DNA of 64,000 bases from Octopus sinensis (taxonomy: Eukaryota). Shown piece by piece: positions 12,255 to 26,374 of the stretch. Positions within the stretch are counted from its first letter, which is position 1; each line of letters begins with the position of its first letter. The stretch is taken from assembly GCF_006345805.1 (NCBI RefSeq), contig NC_043003.1, forward strand, positions 101,246,001-101,310,000, read 5' to 3'. Position numbers and translations under genes: made by a program. A model generated the notes under the pieces. The model saw only the letters and a program-made list of their open reading frames with translations. It was not told where the DNA came from and did not search any database.

Positions 12255-12347
12255 GATAAATAGCCTGAGGACGCACTGGTGGATTTATGTATTATGTATA
12301 GCCTTGATAAACACCCCACCAGTGCAGAAACATATGTAGCGTTTATT
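12255..12347 (+). ncRNA. Minimal type I hammerhead ribozyme
   Basis: CUGAGGA 12265-71; 10-bp stem II GCACUGGUGG/CCACCAGUGC; GAAAC-AUAU-GUA at 12327-38; interrupted stem I. The closing pair of stem II is a C-A mismatch. Confidence 0.7.
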
Positions 12348-12874
12348 AGAAATACCTTCTTTCCCCACAGAGTAATAACAGTTAAGTTATATATATTTTT
12401 TCAAATAATTTTATTGTATTTTATATTAGGTTTTTTAACCACTTATATTATTTTATTGGATATAACTTTCTATGTGTATTCTATACAATAAGGTCATCCT
12501 GAAATAGGAGTTGTGGTTCTATTGGTAAAAGCCCAAATTTGTAATATTATAAATGATACTGTTTACATTGCATTATATATGCATATATATATACATACAT
12601 ATATATATATACATATATATACATACATAAATACATATATATGCATATATAAATACATATATATATATCTATATATACATGCACATATATATGTATGTGT
12701 GTGTGTGTGTGTATACATACATATCTATATATACACATATATTGAGACGTAATTTGAAAAGCCCGCCTCTTACATAGATATATAAGTGTGAACATTTCTA
12801 TGTACTATGTTGGATACATTTGGTGTTTGTCTGGTATGTTGAATTTTGTTCATTTTTATGTGTCTTGATTATGC

Positions 12875-12927
12875 CTGCACTGACGATTAGAAGTGGATTA
12901 TGTACACTATGAAATCATGATTTGCAG
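12875..12927 (+). ncRNA. Minimal type I hammerhead ribozyme
   Basis: CUGCA-CUGACGA..GAAAU-CAUG-AUU/UGCAG. Stem I is a perfect 5 bp. Stem II is imperfect (AGUG/CACU). Confidence 0.65.
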
Positions 12928-13184
12928 CTGAATCTGTTTTTAAAGGATGGCTTCCAAGTTGCATTCCCTCACTGTCGGTACACTGTATATTTATTATGGT
13001 AGTTTTGACTTTAAGAATCCCTCATAGCATGAGGCATTTATGTGTAGTAATGCCCTTAATATAATAAAGGGAATAATTATAAATTTTTCCCTTATAAGCT
13101 TTTCACACTGACTACTTGATAAATTCTTACAAAGATTTTATCCTATATTTAAATTTTATATATATATACGCATATATATGTGAA

Positions 13185-14585
13185 TAGAATTGGACTGGTT
13201 TCAGCTCATGAGCTGTGGCCATGCTGGGGCACCACCATTTGGTATTGCTACATAACTTTTACTTCACCAATTTATTTTCGAACTTGACATTTGCTACATA
13301 AGGGAGTTTGATGCCACTGCTCTCATTTGCACTTCCTGCTGTGAAGTTGATTCATCTGGGACTCTTGACAGTAAGAGATCTAGTTTCGTTCTGATGAGAC
13401 CAGGTTCTTCAGGATGATATTGAAGAGCTGTGGTCCTTTAAAGCCCATGTGTCTTAATACTTTGTCCTATATTTTGATGGCAAAGTTTGGATCTTTGGCA
13501 CTATGCAGTAACACCCTATTCTAGTGTTAGTGTAACACTCAATGCCCAAGTTTGAGACAAGTCCCTCCAGGATCTTCCAGATGTATATTATGGCATCTTT
13601 TATACCTACACTCCAGAGAATAGAGTCTCAATCTCTTGAGTCTTTACCTGTGACTTATATGCCACATAGAGGCTATCTACTTTGTGTAGCTTTATTGGAC
13701 TGCCTCAAGTTCTGAAATTAATTTTACATTGGTTGGTGACCATAGCTAGAAGCAATAGTCCAAGCAGCTTAGGATAAATGTCCTCCAGAGAACCATCATG
13801 GTTTCCTGATTTCTCGATTTAAAAATTTCTAAGAATCCATCAGGTTAGCTGTCTGCATTTCATTGCCAATTTAGCAACATGTACATGGAAAGATGAATCA
13901 TTACTCATGTAAATGCCCAGGTCTTGCACTGACTGTATCTCTGGGATTGCAATCCCTCCAGGTCTAGTGTATTTTATTGGTAGTGCAGTCAGTTTTGCAT
14001 GCTGATAGCACAAGGCTTGAAACTTTTCAGCATTAAGCTTTGTGTTATTCTTCTTAGCCTACTTGTATGTTTCATCTAACTCACGTTGCAGATACATAGC
14101 GTCTTCAGGGTTCTGTATCACCTGTGAGACTTTTGTATCATATGCATAACTTGTGATTGTTGCTCTCTGTATGGCTGAAGGTATATCTGAGAGGGCCATT
14201 ATAAACAGTAGTGGTTACAAAACAGTGCATTGGGGGACACTGCTCAATATTTGCGTGTCTTTGGAGTTAGCCCCATGACTAACTCTTGACTCTGGAGTTA
14301 GCCCCATAACTCTGCTTGACTTCTGTTTCAGTAAGTCATGCAGCCATTCTCCCAATTTCCTGACTGTGCCAAGATCACGCACTTTGTAACATATCATTCC
14401 ATCATTAACGTTGTCAAAAGCCTTCGCAAAGTTGCGATATATCACTTCCACATTTGAGTGGCTGAGAAGCTTCTTCAATACCCAGTCATAATGCTGAGTT
14501 ATGCAGCTTCTTCCTGGTCAGAAACCATGTTGGATGTCAGTCAGCAAGTCATTTTCTCAAAGAAGGTGATTAGATTTCTTCTAAC
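13185..14585 (-). mobile_element. CR1/L2-like LINE 3' portion, old copy
   Basis: IYRNFAKAFDNV..VPQCTVL RT remnants. Same 3' end (ggccatgctggggcacc on +) as the copy at 42194-45236. Confidence 0.8.
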
Positions 14586-14596
14586 TATACATATAT

Positions 14597-14975
14597 AGGC
14601 ATAGGCATGGCTGTGTGGTAACATGGTTCTGGGTTCAGTTCCATTGTGTGTCACCTTGGGCAAGTGTCTTCTACTATAGCCTCAAGTTGACCAAACCCTT
14701 CTCAGTGAATTTGGTAGAGGGAAACTAAAAGAAGCTTGCCGTATATAGATATATACATATGTATGTATGCATTTGTTTGAGTCTCTGTCCCCTCCAGCAT
14801 CACTTAACGAACAATACTGGCATGTTTCCATCACTGTAACTTAACAGTTCAGCAAAAGGTCCAATAGAATAAGTACTAGGCTTAGAAAGAATAAGCCTAG
14901 GAGTTAATTTGTTCGACTAAAGGTGGTGCTCTAACATGGCTGCAGTCAAATGACTGAAACAAGTAAAGAATAAAA
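14597..14975 (+). mobile_element. SINE family A (older copy)
   Basis: Collinear with 15015-15432. Ends GACTGAAACAAGTAAAG. Confidence 0.88.
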
Positions 14976-15014
14976 TATATATATACACACACAGACACAT
15001 AAATATATATAAAC

Positions 15015-15432
15015 AGGCGTAGGAGTGGCTTTGTGGTAAGTAGCTTGCTTACCAACCACATGGTTCCAGGTTCAGTCACACTGCGTGGCACCTTGGGCAA
15101 GTGTCTTCTACTATAGCCTCGGGCCAACCAAAGCTTTGTGAGTGGATTTGGTAGATGGAAACTGAAGGAAGCCTGTCATATATATGTATATATATATATG
15201 TATATGTATGTGTGCATGTATATGTTTGTGTGTCTGTGTTGGTCCTCCTCAACATCGCTTAATAACCAATGCTGGTGTGTTTATGTCCCCGTAACTTAGC
15301 GGTTCGGCAAAAGGAGACCGATAGAATAAGTACTAGGCTTACAAAAGAATAAGTCCTGGTGTCGATTTGCTTGACTAAAAGGCGGTGCTCCTCATGGCCA
15401 CAGTCAAATGACTGAAACAAGTAAAAGAGTAT
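15015..15432 (+). mobile_element. SINE family A, full length
   Basis: tRNA-like head (GGCTTTGTGGTAAG; GGTTCAGTC), CCTTGGGCAAGTG motif, internal TA/TG microsatellite, tail CATGGCCACAGTCAAATGACTGAAACAAGTAAAAG. Confidence 0.92.
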
Positions 15433-15466
15433 ACATATATATATATAAACATGGACATATTTCCAA

Positions 15467-15510
<44 letters not shown>

Positions 15511-16017
15511 CATCAAGGAACCCTCCCTAAAAGTGAATGTTTGAAAGTAAAGTGGAGAATTTGAATTCTTCATTCCAAATGTGGTTCATCTCTACAAATG
15601 TTCAGACATATCTACATGTAGCATTGGGATGTTTTTAGCTTTGTGTGTGTATTATTTTATTTACTGATTGATTTTTCAATAGTTAATTTGCAAATATTAT
15701 ACTACTTTTCCCTCCAAAAATGAATGTCTGGAAGGGATATATTCTAAATATAACTCAAAGAGAAAAAGAAAGGAAGAAAAAAGGGAAAAAGAAAGAAAAA
15801 AAGAAAGGAGGTAAAAAGGGATAGAAAGAAAGCAAAAAGACTTTCAGTGATGACCAAACTACACCTGTTTTTTTTTTAAAGTGATCACCATCCTTAAACT
15901 CATTCCAATACAATGGTAAAAGGAAAAATAAATAAATGAAAGAATGAATGGTGAATAGGATGGTGGATACCCTTTCTCTCTTTTACCCTCTACCCATCTG
16001 ACTGACTGTCTGTCTGT

Positions 16018-17680
16018 CTACCTATCAGTAGTCACAGCCCATCTTCCTGAAGCGATTTGTGGTTTGTCTGCCTTTCTACTTATTAAGACTTTGGTTTTTG
16101 CGACATTGATTCTAAGGCGCTTCGATTCTAGACTTTGCTTCCACACCTGAAACTTTTCCTCTAGTTCTGATTGGGACTCAGCTATTAGAGCAAGGTCATC
16201 AGCATAGAGAAGCTCCCAGGTGCATCTTGTTTTCAATTCCTCTGTTATTGCCTGGATGACTATGAAGAATAAGAGGGAGCTGAGGACTGATCCTTGGTGG
16301 ACCCCTACCAAGAATTCTTCACTGTACTATTTGCCAGCCCTCACCTTACTGACAGCATCTCTGAACATGGTTTGTACAGCTCTCACTAACCATTCATCTA
16401 TCCCTAGTGTCCTCATTGACCACCAGATAAGGGATCGGGGGGACCCTGTCAAAGGCTTTCTCCATCCCAATGAAAGTCAGGTACAGAGGTTTATCTTTGG
16501 CTATGTATTTCTCCTGCAGCCGTCTTACCAGAAATATAGCATCAGTGGTGCTTTTCCTTGGCACAAACTCAAAGTAGATCTCATCTATACTGACTCTCTC
16601 CCTAATTAGTTGGGCTATGACCCTCCCGTGACTTTCATCACCTGATCCAACAACTTGGTACCTCTGTAATTATTTATATCTAATGCATCACCTTTACCTT
16701 TGTAGCAGTTGACTATGGTGCTGCTACACCAGTTATTGGGTATGACTCCTTCATGTACTACCTGACTGACTATACAGGTGACTAGACTATAACCAACACT
16801 GCCAGATATTTTAACCATCTCTGCGGTGGTTCCTGATGGGCCAGGAGCTTCCCTGTCTTCATATCCTTAATTGCTTTATCTACCAAGGTACTGTTAATTC
16901 GAATAGCTGGTCCCTCTGTTGGGTCGACATTCGACAGACTCTCTTTCTCACATTCATTTTCTTTATTCAGCAACCTTTCATAGTGGTGTCTCTAAGTCTC
17001 TCTCTTTGCAGCCTCATTAAATGCAAGTGAGCCATTATCCATGCAGATGCATTTCTCTCCTACAACATCATCATTCTCTCTCACACACTGTCTTAAAACA
17101 CGAAACACTTCAAGTCTTTGGTCCTCACTATGCAGAACATTGGTAAATTTTTTCTTATCTGCTTCTCCTCTGGCTAAGTAAACCTGCCTCCTAGCTTCCC
17201 TTCTGGCAGTCTGAGACAATTTCCTGCTACCACTGTTCTTCCAGTCTTTCCATGCCTGTTTTTTTTCTCTAATGACCCTGTCAACTACATTGTTCCACCA
17301 TCACGTTACCATCATGCTTTCTTTCTGATCATGAAGTCGCTAAGTACTAATGTACGTTGTGGGGTGCATTCTTCACTAAGAAAGGTTTTGGCATTTATAA
17401 GTAGCCATCTTTCCCGTTTCCTGGCAAGGATGTAATCAATTTGACTAGTGTGACTACCAGATTGGAAGGTGAATAGGTGACTGGCAGGTTTCCTGGAGTT
17501 AGTATTCCAAAACATAAGATCATTTGTATCGCAGAACTCCAGTAGCCTGGTTCCTTCCTCATTACGGGAACCAAAGCCATAGCTTCCATGCACTGCATGG
17601 AAGACCCCTGCATGTTGTCCAACATGCCCATTGAATTCGCCAGCCACAAAGAGAAGGTCTCTGTATTTCATCGATGAGGT
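16018..17680 (-). mobile_element. RTE family A fragment (decayed)
   Basis: ORF pieces GEFNGHVGQH, NYRGTKLLDQVMKV, VHQGSVLS and LLYADDLAL are homologous to 7913-11637. Confidence 0.88.
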
Positions 17681-17800
17681 AGTGTATACATACTTTTCAA
17701 AACACTATCTGGTTTAAAAAGCCACATCAGATGCCATGATAGTTCTAAAGTGTAGGTACAGGAGTTGGTCAAACTCTGCATAAGGAGTAGACAACCAGCA

Positions 17801-17834
<34 letters not shown>

Positions 17835-19265
17835 TAGATAGATAGATAGATAGATATATGCATACACATATATACATGCATATACACATACACCCACACA
17901 CATGCGTCTACATTCCTACATACACATCCTTATATATATACACATGCACACATACACATATGTACACATATATGCACTCAGATACTTATACACAGATAGG
18001 TGGGTATATATGCACATATGCATATACATACATATATATACATTAAAAAAAAAATTATATGATTTCTAACTTGCATATCTGGACATACAGATATATATTT
18101 TTTTATATATACATATATTTACATATATACACACATATACATCCACATACTTACATAGGTATATACATGCACAAATACATATACATACATTTACAAATGC
18201 ATACTTACATATACACACATACATACATACATACATACATACATACTTACATATAGACACATTTACATACATGCTTACATATATATATATATAAAACAGT
18301 CCTTGGACAAAAATTGTATGCACATTTTGCTTTGACAGTTAATGGTGGTCAAACCGAGGCTAGGATCAAGCTGAAATTTGGCAGGGATACTAAATGTGTG
18401 GTGAGGATGAGACCCTTGATGGTTAAAATTCGCAAGCTATAAAGATGTGGTTGCTATGGTAAAATGAGTGAAAATTCATCGTCTTTAAACGAACTTTGAC
18501 AAGTGTTTGTTGTTTCTCTCTTACAGTTATCACACTTTCTTCTTCCATCTCTCTCTTTCCCCACTTCCCTCCTCTTTATCTCTATAACGGCTTTTGACAG
18601 CTTCTACTCACTCTCTTTCCCTCTCTGTATTCGCTGTCTCTCTGTCGCTCTTTCTTCCCCAGCCTCTCTCTCTCTCTGTACATCTTTCTGTATTTATAGA
18701 GAGAAAGCGTTGACAGCCACAAGTGTGATTAATGGAGAAGAATAAAATAGTAAATAATTATATTGTGTCGGAAATATATTTCACTCTCCTGAAGTTTAAA
18801 TATTCCCACTATAGGGCTTTTACAACAGTGAATTATTATCGCCCACCACCGCACAATAATGATAACAGATATTATTAATCAGATATTTATTATGTTAATT
18901 TATATAAGTGTGTGTGTGTATAAATATATATATATATATAATGTGTGTGTAGATATATATATATAAAGTGTACATATCGATATTTGAATATATATGTGTG
19001 TGTGTGTATATATATATGTGTGCATATGTGGTTGGATTGAGCTGAAAATTTGCACACCTATGTTAAAAGTGCTGGCAAACTTGCATAGCAATTTTGAGTT
19101 TGCTCATTAGAAACGCGTGGCCTCCAGAGCAACATTCTTCATCTTTTAAAATGTGGCCCGTGTAGACCCGAATGAAACTGGGTTATAATACCATCATCAT
19201 CGTTGAAACAAATAAAACAATAATAAACTATTTTAATCCCAAGCAAGGCCAGGTTTGTCTTCTAG

Positions 19266-19299
<34 letters not shown>

Positions 19300-19399
19300 C
19301 ACACACACATATATACACATATGTATATACATACACACACACACACACACATATATACATGCATAGTCGCATAGTCACACATACATAAATAAAAAAAAA

Positions 19400-20780
19400 C
19401 CCTACTAGTATCCTTCGATGTAGTGAATCTCTATTCTAACATTCCGCTTAGCCTAGGAATGGAGGCAATCCAATTCTGGCAAGAGAATTACTCCAATGAA
19501 CTCCCACATCACATCAAAAAAGAATTTGTAATGAAAGGGCTAAAATTTATCTTAGAGAATAACTTCTTCGTATTCAATGACAACTTCTATCAACAGAATT
19601 CGATGACTGCGATGGGTATGAGAATGGCTCCCTCCTTTGCTAACCTAGTCATTCTTTATCTTAAGGGACTAGAAAAATATGGAAACCCATTTTCCCTGTA
19701 CATAGAAAATAATTGGAAGAGATATCTAGATGCCTGCTTCATTCTTTGGCATGAAAGTATAGAGAGAGTTAAAGTATTTGAAGCACCTCTAAATGGACTT
19801 GACATAAATATTAAATTTATGATGGAATATAGCCATCAACAACTTCCATTCCTCAACATCCTCATTAAGAAATCCAAAAGCAAAATAGAAAGAGACATAT
19901 ACTATAAGCCCACGGACTCCAAACAATATCTACCATTTAACTCATGCCACCCCAGACACACTAGAATGAATGTTTCCTTCAACCTCACAAAAACTATAGC
20001 ATCTGATACAAGCACCAAGGACGCATGACTACATGAACTAAAGGATACACTCATCAGCAGGAATCACCCACCATCACTAATTGACATAGGTTTTTAACAT
20101 GCCCTACAACTCAACATCCAAGAACTCAGACATCCTAAACTAAAGAAGCATTTACAATCAAAAACCCTACCATACATATTCACACACAACCCCCTAAACA
20201 ATAAGGCCTTCAACACTATCCTCTAGAACATTCCTTTACTAAAAGGGGACGATAGAATGAATCAAATCCTCCTAACACACACCATCATAAAGAGCAAAAG
20301 ACAACTCAAGTCAATGAAAAGTCTTCTAACATAAGCCCAAGTACACCCATCAACAACACTGAAACTGACAGTAAAAAAATGCAGAAGACCTAACTGTGGT
20401 ATATGCGTCAGCCTAATTGAGGGATCGGAGTACTCCTTCAAAAAGGGTCAACATTTTACAGTGAAAACAATTTCACATGAGCTTTGGAAAACATAATATA
20501 TGAGTCAGCTTGCTCAGGGTGTCGATACCAATATATTGGCCAAACTAAAAACAGTATGCCAGAGGATGACCATACATAGATCCCAGATTAAAATATGGGA
20601 ATACAGAAAAATAGCATTAAGTCAACACCTCAATATTTGTGCCACTAATGAATAACTCAACTTTAGAATTTTTCCCCTTGATAAATTCAGGGACAATGCA
20701 ACCTATAATCAATGCAGTAGCAAGAATCATATTTTATCGCAAATGCTTCCACCATAGATAACACAATAGATATATTAAGA
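19400..20780 (+). mobile_element. Neptune-type PLE (RT + GIY-YIG), 5'-truncated and decayed
   Basis: FDVVNLYSNIP, TAMGMRMAPSFANL, WKRYLDACF, YKPTDSKQYLPFNSCHP. Downstream KCRRPNCGIC and YQYIGQT remnants. Confidence 0.85.
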
Positions 20781-21313
20781 ACAGTCACTACCTATGAATT
20801 TATTAAGAACAGTTCCTATCACTACTGCTACAACCACAACAGGTCACTTTTAAGTCACTTGACCATTAAAGATGATTCCACAAACAGCCTCTACTACTGT
20901 CAAACCACTCCTGATTTTTTTTCTTTTCTTTCTTTCTTCTTCTCCCTCTTCTTTTCCTACTCTTTCTTCCTCTTCTTTTTCTTTCTCTTCTTTTCCATCT
21001 CTTTCCTCCACTGTTTAAAATCACCAAACTTCAGAACCAACTTCTCTGCACCCATAAACACTATTTTTTCAGATCTGCTACTATCTACTGAGCCTTCACA
21101 AAGGAAAAGAGAGAGACAGACAGACAGACAGACAGAAAAAACAGAAGTCCTACCTATCTGAAGACTATGGAAATATTTGAAAAACATTTTATTTAATATT
21201 TTCTTTGATTTAATTGCTTTTCCTGTTTTAAAAAGTTGAAAAGACTGAAACCAGTACAAAATGTATTTCATGATAAAATTATTTGAGCATTTTCTACCTT
21301 GCCTTATTTTCCT

Positions 21314-21352
<39 letters not shown>

Positions 21353-21636
21353 CATTATGAAAATAAACATTATCATTTTTATTTTCGAAAACGAATTATA
21401 ACATAACAATCATTAATGTCTTACCTATATTTTCACCACTGTAGCTAACAGCCAAATGATATCATTGTTTCTCTCTATATATTCATATTACATATTTGAA
21501 GTAATATTATTTTCATTTTGTGAAGTTTGGTACAGAAGTGCTATATGCCTCGAAGCGGTCATATTTTGTGAAGTGAAGTTTTGTGTAGAAGAATTCTAAA
21601 TTTGTAAATAGTGACATTGGAAACGGCAAGCAAAAA

Positions 21637-22652
21637 ATGCCACCAAAGAATAGACCTTCATTTGAAAGAAAGTCTCATAAAACTAGGGCAATGTGGCTAA
21701 AACGAGAAAAGGAAAGTGAAGAGCAGCAACAAGAGAGACTCCAGAAACAAAGGTAAAGAGCAGTAGAATATAGGAAAAATGAATCAGAAGAACTAAGATG
21801 AAAAAGACTTGCTGATGATAGGACAATGAAAGCAACTTTTCACCAAAAGGAATCAACTGTATGAAAATCATCAAGACAGCAAATGGAGAGAAATAGAGCA
21901 GCTTAAAATCGGTTGGATGAAACTCAAACAACTCAAAAGCTATCTGAACAGAGAACAAGAACCAAAGATTTATGATTTAAAAACTTTTTCAAGTGGAACT
22001 TTGCTGCTTTTAGTTATCATCCATGTCAAGACTATGCCTCAGAACCTTTAATTCAAATATTCTCAATGAACGAGTTTTGTCAAAACTGTGGTGCTAAAAA
22101 TGGAAAGGTAAATCACTTGGATTGTGCCGTTCAAATGGAAAGATTAAGTTGAAGCTATTACCTGAACCACCAGAACCCTTGAGGGGACTGCTGGTTACTA
22201 CAACTACTGAATCAGGACATGTACTTCAAAATATATAGAAGTACAATGATGCATTCCAAATGACATCAATGAAGGTGGCTTTATGCCCACTTTCTGATAT
22301 AAAGCAGTTGACAACATTAGAAATGAGAAGGGTGAAATATTCTTTCTAGATGCACCAGAAGAAAATGGAAAGACATTTGTTATAAAACTACTTTTGGTAA
22401 ACGTTAGACAGCAAAGAAAAATTGCCACTGCAATTGAATCATCAGGCATTGCCGCGACCCATCTACCTGAAGGCTGTACAGCCTATTCGATTTTCAAATT
22501 TCCATTGGATATATAGTCTAATGAAAGTCCTGTGTGCAATATCAGTAAGAATTCAGAAATAGCTGATATTCTCAGAAAATACCAAATGATAATATGGGAT
22601 GAATGAACAATGGCACATAAGAGAGCCTTTGAAGCTGTTGACAGGTCATTGT
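21637..22652 (+). mobile_element. Helitron Rep-helicase remnants (internally deleted)
   Basis: Zn-finger-like CQNCGAK..GKIKLKLLPEPPEPL and KYNDAFQMTS, then PIF1 motifs FFLDAPEENGKT, SSGIAAT and IIWDE*TMAHKRAFEAVDRSL. Confidence 0.85.
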
Positions 22653-24782
22653 GAGATATTACCACACTCTTTACCTCCCTCCCTCCCCCCCCCTCTCTCT
22701 CTATCTATCTCTCTGTATACGTATCATCTCTCATACATTACTTTCACTTTGCTTAAAACTTTGTCTTGTAATGTTTACTTTCATCATGCACAAAATGCTA
22801 GCTTCCAAATACTGCTTTCTGATTGGGTAAAAATTATATATCATTTCTTCAAACTATATTTGTGCCATAAACAAAAAGCCAATGTTCTAAAAGAGACAGA
22901 TTAACAATGGAACTAATTTTGCCACAACTTCAAATTAGAGCTAAGAGAAATGAAACTAAATAGGAACTTAATCAAATCCTTTTGATATATTACTAACAAC
23001 GACAGCACTGTTACATCACAAATATATTGTTAGATTTATTACCAAAGTGCATCCATACATATACACAGGTTTGAGGAAACAAGGAATTTTAAAAACATTG
23101 TATCAAAATTCAAATATACATATATTTTGGTGGTTTTGATGTGTGTGTGTGTGTGTGCATCATTTGTGAAATTAAGTAGAGTATTTATTGTAGACAATAA
23201 CAATGTAGAATAATGACTGACTCATTGACTACAACATATTGTGTATATTAAAAGTAATTAAACTTGTATAATATTTGGGATGTGATAAATATAATTTTTT
23301 TGTTCTGTTATTTGAGCATTTTTGTTAACGTCCTTATACTCTTATTAGCAATTGCCATCACATATGTTTTTCAACAATACTTCCAACTGGAAAAATCAAA
23401 TATTCATACATGCAAGCCAAAATGTTATAGTTATCACAAAGTTTAATGACATTTTTTTTTTATTAATGGCATGGACACTCTAGTTCTAAAATAATGTTTG
23501 TACTTAAACCAACTGACTACACTCAATTAAGTTGAAATTGTAATCCTTTATGATTTGTAAAGGAAATAAATGAAAATTATCCATCACCAATTTAAAGGAA
23601 GCAACACAATAACAATATGATCCAGTGGAATAGAGAATTACTAGGTATCGATGCATGATGAAAGACTCATATTATAGCAATGTTACTACAGATCAGAAAA
23701 GGGTAACTCAGGAATATAATAAATATTATACAAATGGTAGCAGGAATCCGTAACATTGTCATTAATGTTAATGCTTTAGCATCAATATAGTATGGTATGT
23801 GGACAGTTTCTTGAATCAACAACCATTTGAATTATAGCAAATATTAAAATTTCTTTTCTAAAAGTTTATATATGTTGTCATTGTACTCATCATCATAATT
23901 TAGCATCTGTATTCATTGTTGGCATGGGCTGAATGGTTTAACAAGATCAGAGAGGTCTACTGTCTGTTTTGGCATGGTTCCTATCCTTTGATGCCCTTAC
24001 TAATGCCAGTCTCGTTTCAGAATGTGCTGTGTATTTTTTCGTGTTTCTTTAATTGAGGAAGATGGCTTATCCCAGGTATTGAGAAGCAAAAGTATGATAA
24101 TGGGATAGGAACAGGAGTTTTACAGGAGACAGATGGCCACCCCCAGCTGGAAAAGGGGAGAAGATGGTGCTGATGATGTATCAGGACATATACTCATGGT
24201 ACAGGAGGATGTGAGGAGATGGGGATAGTGGAACAAGTAAGTTTGCAAGAATGTGAGGTGAGTGACAGAGGGTGAGAGAAAGGGATACAGATGATGCTGT
24301 GAACAGCAAACAGAGGAGAGGACATGATCAATCAGGAATATCAGTTTGTGAGAAGATGGAAGGAAATAAGTGCAGGTCAAAGAGGAGGAGATAAGTTGTA
24401 GTATAAAAATAGTGGGGTGGAAAGCAGTATTGTAATAAAACCATACAGACAAGAAATAGGGAGACAGTGTGAAGTGAGAGTGAGGGATGCTCAGTTAGGA
24501 GGGCAGAGATCAAAGGCATGTAGGAGAATATATAGGGAAAGAGGGAGAGAGAGAGGAACAAAGGTGAGGGAAGGGCTCAATGGGCGATACGAGATGGTAT
24601 AGAATAGTGGTATGGTATGATATTGAGAATGCAAGGTGGTGACATGGGGAGATGGTTTTAAGAAGGGAAACTAGTAGCATAAAAGTTTTGGGGAATGAAA
24701 AATGTGCATCTCAGCATGATGCATTACAGCAGCTAAGACAGTGCTGTAGTTAAGAGAAATTGAACAAGATGGTAAATATATA

Positions 24783-25075
24783 CGAGATGGTATCAAAAAG
24801 TTACTGGACTAGTTCTATAGCATGCCAACAGATAGCAGCACATGGTTGTATGCACAGTGAAAGCTAGCCTTCAAAAGGCAGTATGCCAAGTGACATAACT
24901 GTGTTTACTTCGCAAGTTGTGAAATTTGAGATTTTGTGATCATGTGTATGCTATAGTCTGCGATTTTTGTCATGGAAAGGAAGTTGCAACAAATCACCAA
25001 TGTGAAAATTGCATTAAACTTGGGAAATCTGCTACAGAGACACTGTGCATGCTTTGGCAAGCTTACGATGACAAA
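24783..25075 (+). mobile_element. Mariner 5' fragment
   Basis: TA followed by a TIR-like CGAGATGGTATCAAAAAGTT. N-terminal KLGKSATETLCMLWQAYDD. Confidence 0.65.
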
Positions 25076-25180
25076 AGATGAAAGGGAGGCCATAAAAGAA
25101 CATTAACATAAGCTCCACCGATTTTCAGATATTCACACACAATAACAGTTTAATAAAAACAAAAATTGTTAATAATTTAT

Positions 25181-25578
25181 AGGTGCAGAGTGGTTGTGTG
25201 GTAAGTAGCTTGCTTACCAACCACATGGTTCCAGGCTCAATCCCACTGCATGGCACCTTGGGCAAGTGTCTTCAACTATAGACTTGGACCAACCAAAGCC
25301 TTCTAAGTGGATTTGGTAGATAAAAACTGAAAGAAACCAGTCGTGCGCGCGCATGTGTGTGTGTGTGTATGTGTGTGTGGTGTGTGTTTGTGTGTCTATG
25401 TTAGTGCCCCCTTACTCGCTTGACAATTGATGTTGGTGTGTTCACATCCCCGTAACTTAGCAGTTCAGCAAAAGAGACCGAAAGAATAAGTATTGGAGTC
25501 GATTTGCTCGACTAAAGGCGGTGCTCTAGTATGACCACAGTCAAATGACTGAAACAAATAAAAGAAGAAAAGAATAAA
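25181..25578 (+). mobile_element. SINE family A, full length
   Basis: Collinear with 15015-15432. Confidence 0.9.
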
Positions 25579-26129
25579 ACCATTTTCCCTCCTATTTTCC
25601 AAATTTCAAATATTCACTGAAATTCAGACAATTTTTCTTCATTCAACTGATTTGAATTACTTATATCTCCATCAACTGTTCAACTAATAAACTGACTACA
25701 GCTAGATTATCGAAGACAGTTATAAAACAACAGAAAGATCTGAGCAGATATGATGCGAGTTACTCAGCTGAAGAATGGTGAGCCTGTATATTGTTGTTGT
25801 TTAGCTCCAAAAGAACACTTGAACAACCAGACCAATGATCAAATGAAGTTCAGCTATGACCATTCTTTTCTTTGGTGGGTGGGTTGGGAATACATAAGGA
25901 CTATATATTATTTCTATGAGTCTTCCTCCTTCTAATATGATGGAATGTAATTTGAGTGAGATTTGGTAACCATTTCTAGGAAATTGAATTACCACATAGA
26001 AACGTTTTCAATGGCTCACCCAACCATAGGTGTTATGTAGTGGTGCATCTGGGGTGAGGTATAAATACCCCTACCTTCTTAGCTAACCATAAAATGGGAG
26101 ATGGTTTGTATTATTAAAATGGAATAGCC

Positions 26130-26325
26130 TAGATGAAATGCAGTTTGGTTTTGCAGAAGGGAGAAGCACTACTGATGGTAGGCAACTGCAGGAGAATTAG
26201 TCAAAAACAAACCTCTGTAATTGGCTTTTGTTGACATGGGAAAAGCCTTTGACAGGGTTTTCTGCTCCCTTATCTGGTAGTCAATGTGGAAGCTAGAGAT
26301 AGATGAATGGTTGGTGAGAACTTCT
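26130..26325 (+). mobile_element. RTE family A RT fragment
   Basis: gatgaaatgcagtttggtttt..gacatgggaaaagcctttgacagg matches about 9902-10095. Confidence 0.75.
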
Positions 26326-26374
26326 CCTCACAAAGTTACTGGCCTTGTGCCAAAATTTGAAAACACTTGAAGGA

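Noticed and set aside
13391-13440. CTGATGA followed by a long hairpin
   Set aside because: No GAAA follows, and the opposite strand is the CR1 ORF end.
14057-14108. CTGAAGA..GAAAC on the minus strand
   Set aside because: No stem II or stem I; it lies within CR1 RT coding sequence.
19039-19124. CTGAAAA..GAAACGCGTGGC upstream of the Neptune PLE
   Set aside because: Two invariant core positions are altered. A possible relic but not supportable.
21158-21260. CTGAAGA and GAAAC motifs in the Neptune 3' region
   Set aside because: No consistent helices could be built.
25750-25995. ORFs on both strands resembling exons
   Set aside because: They overlap a degraded interspersed repeat (gttgttgtttagctcc..) also seen near 63650-63700. 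No phase-compatible open exon was found.
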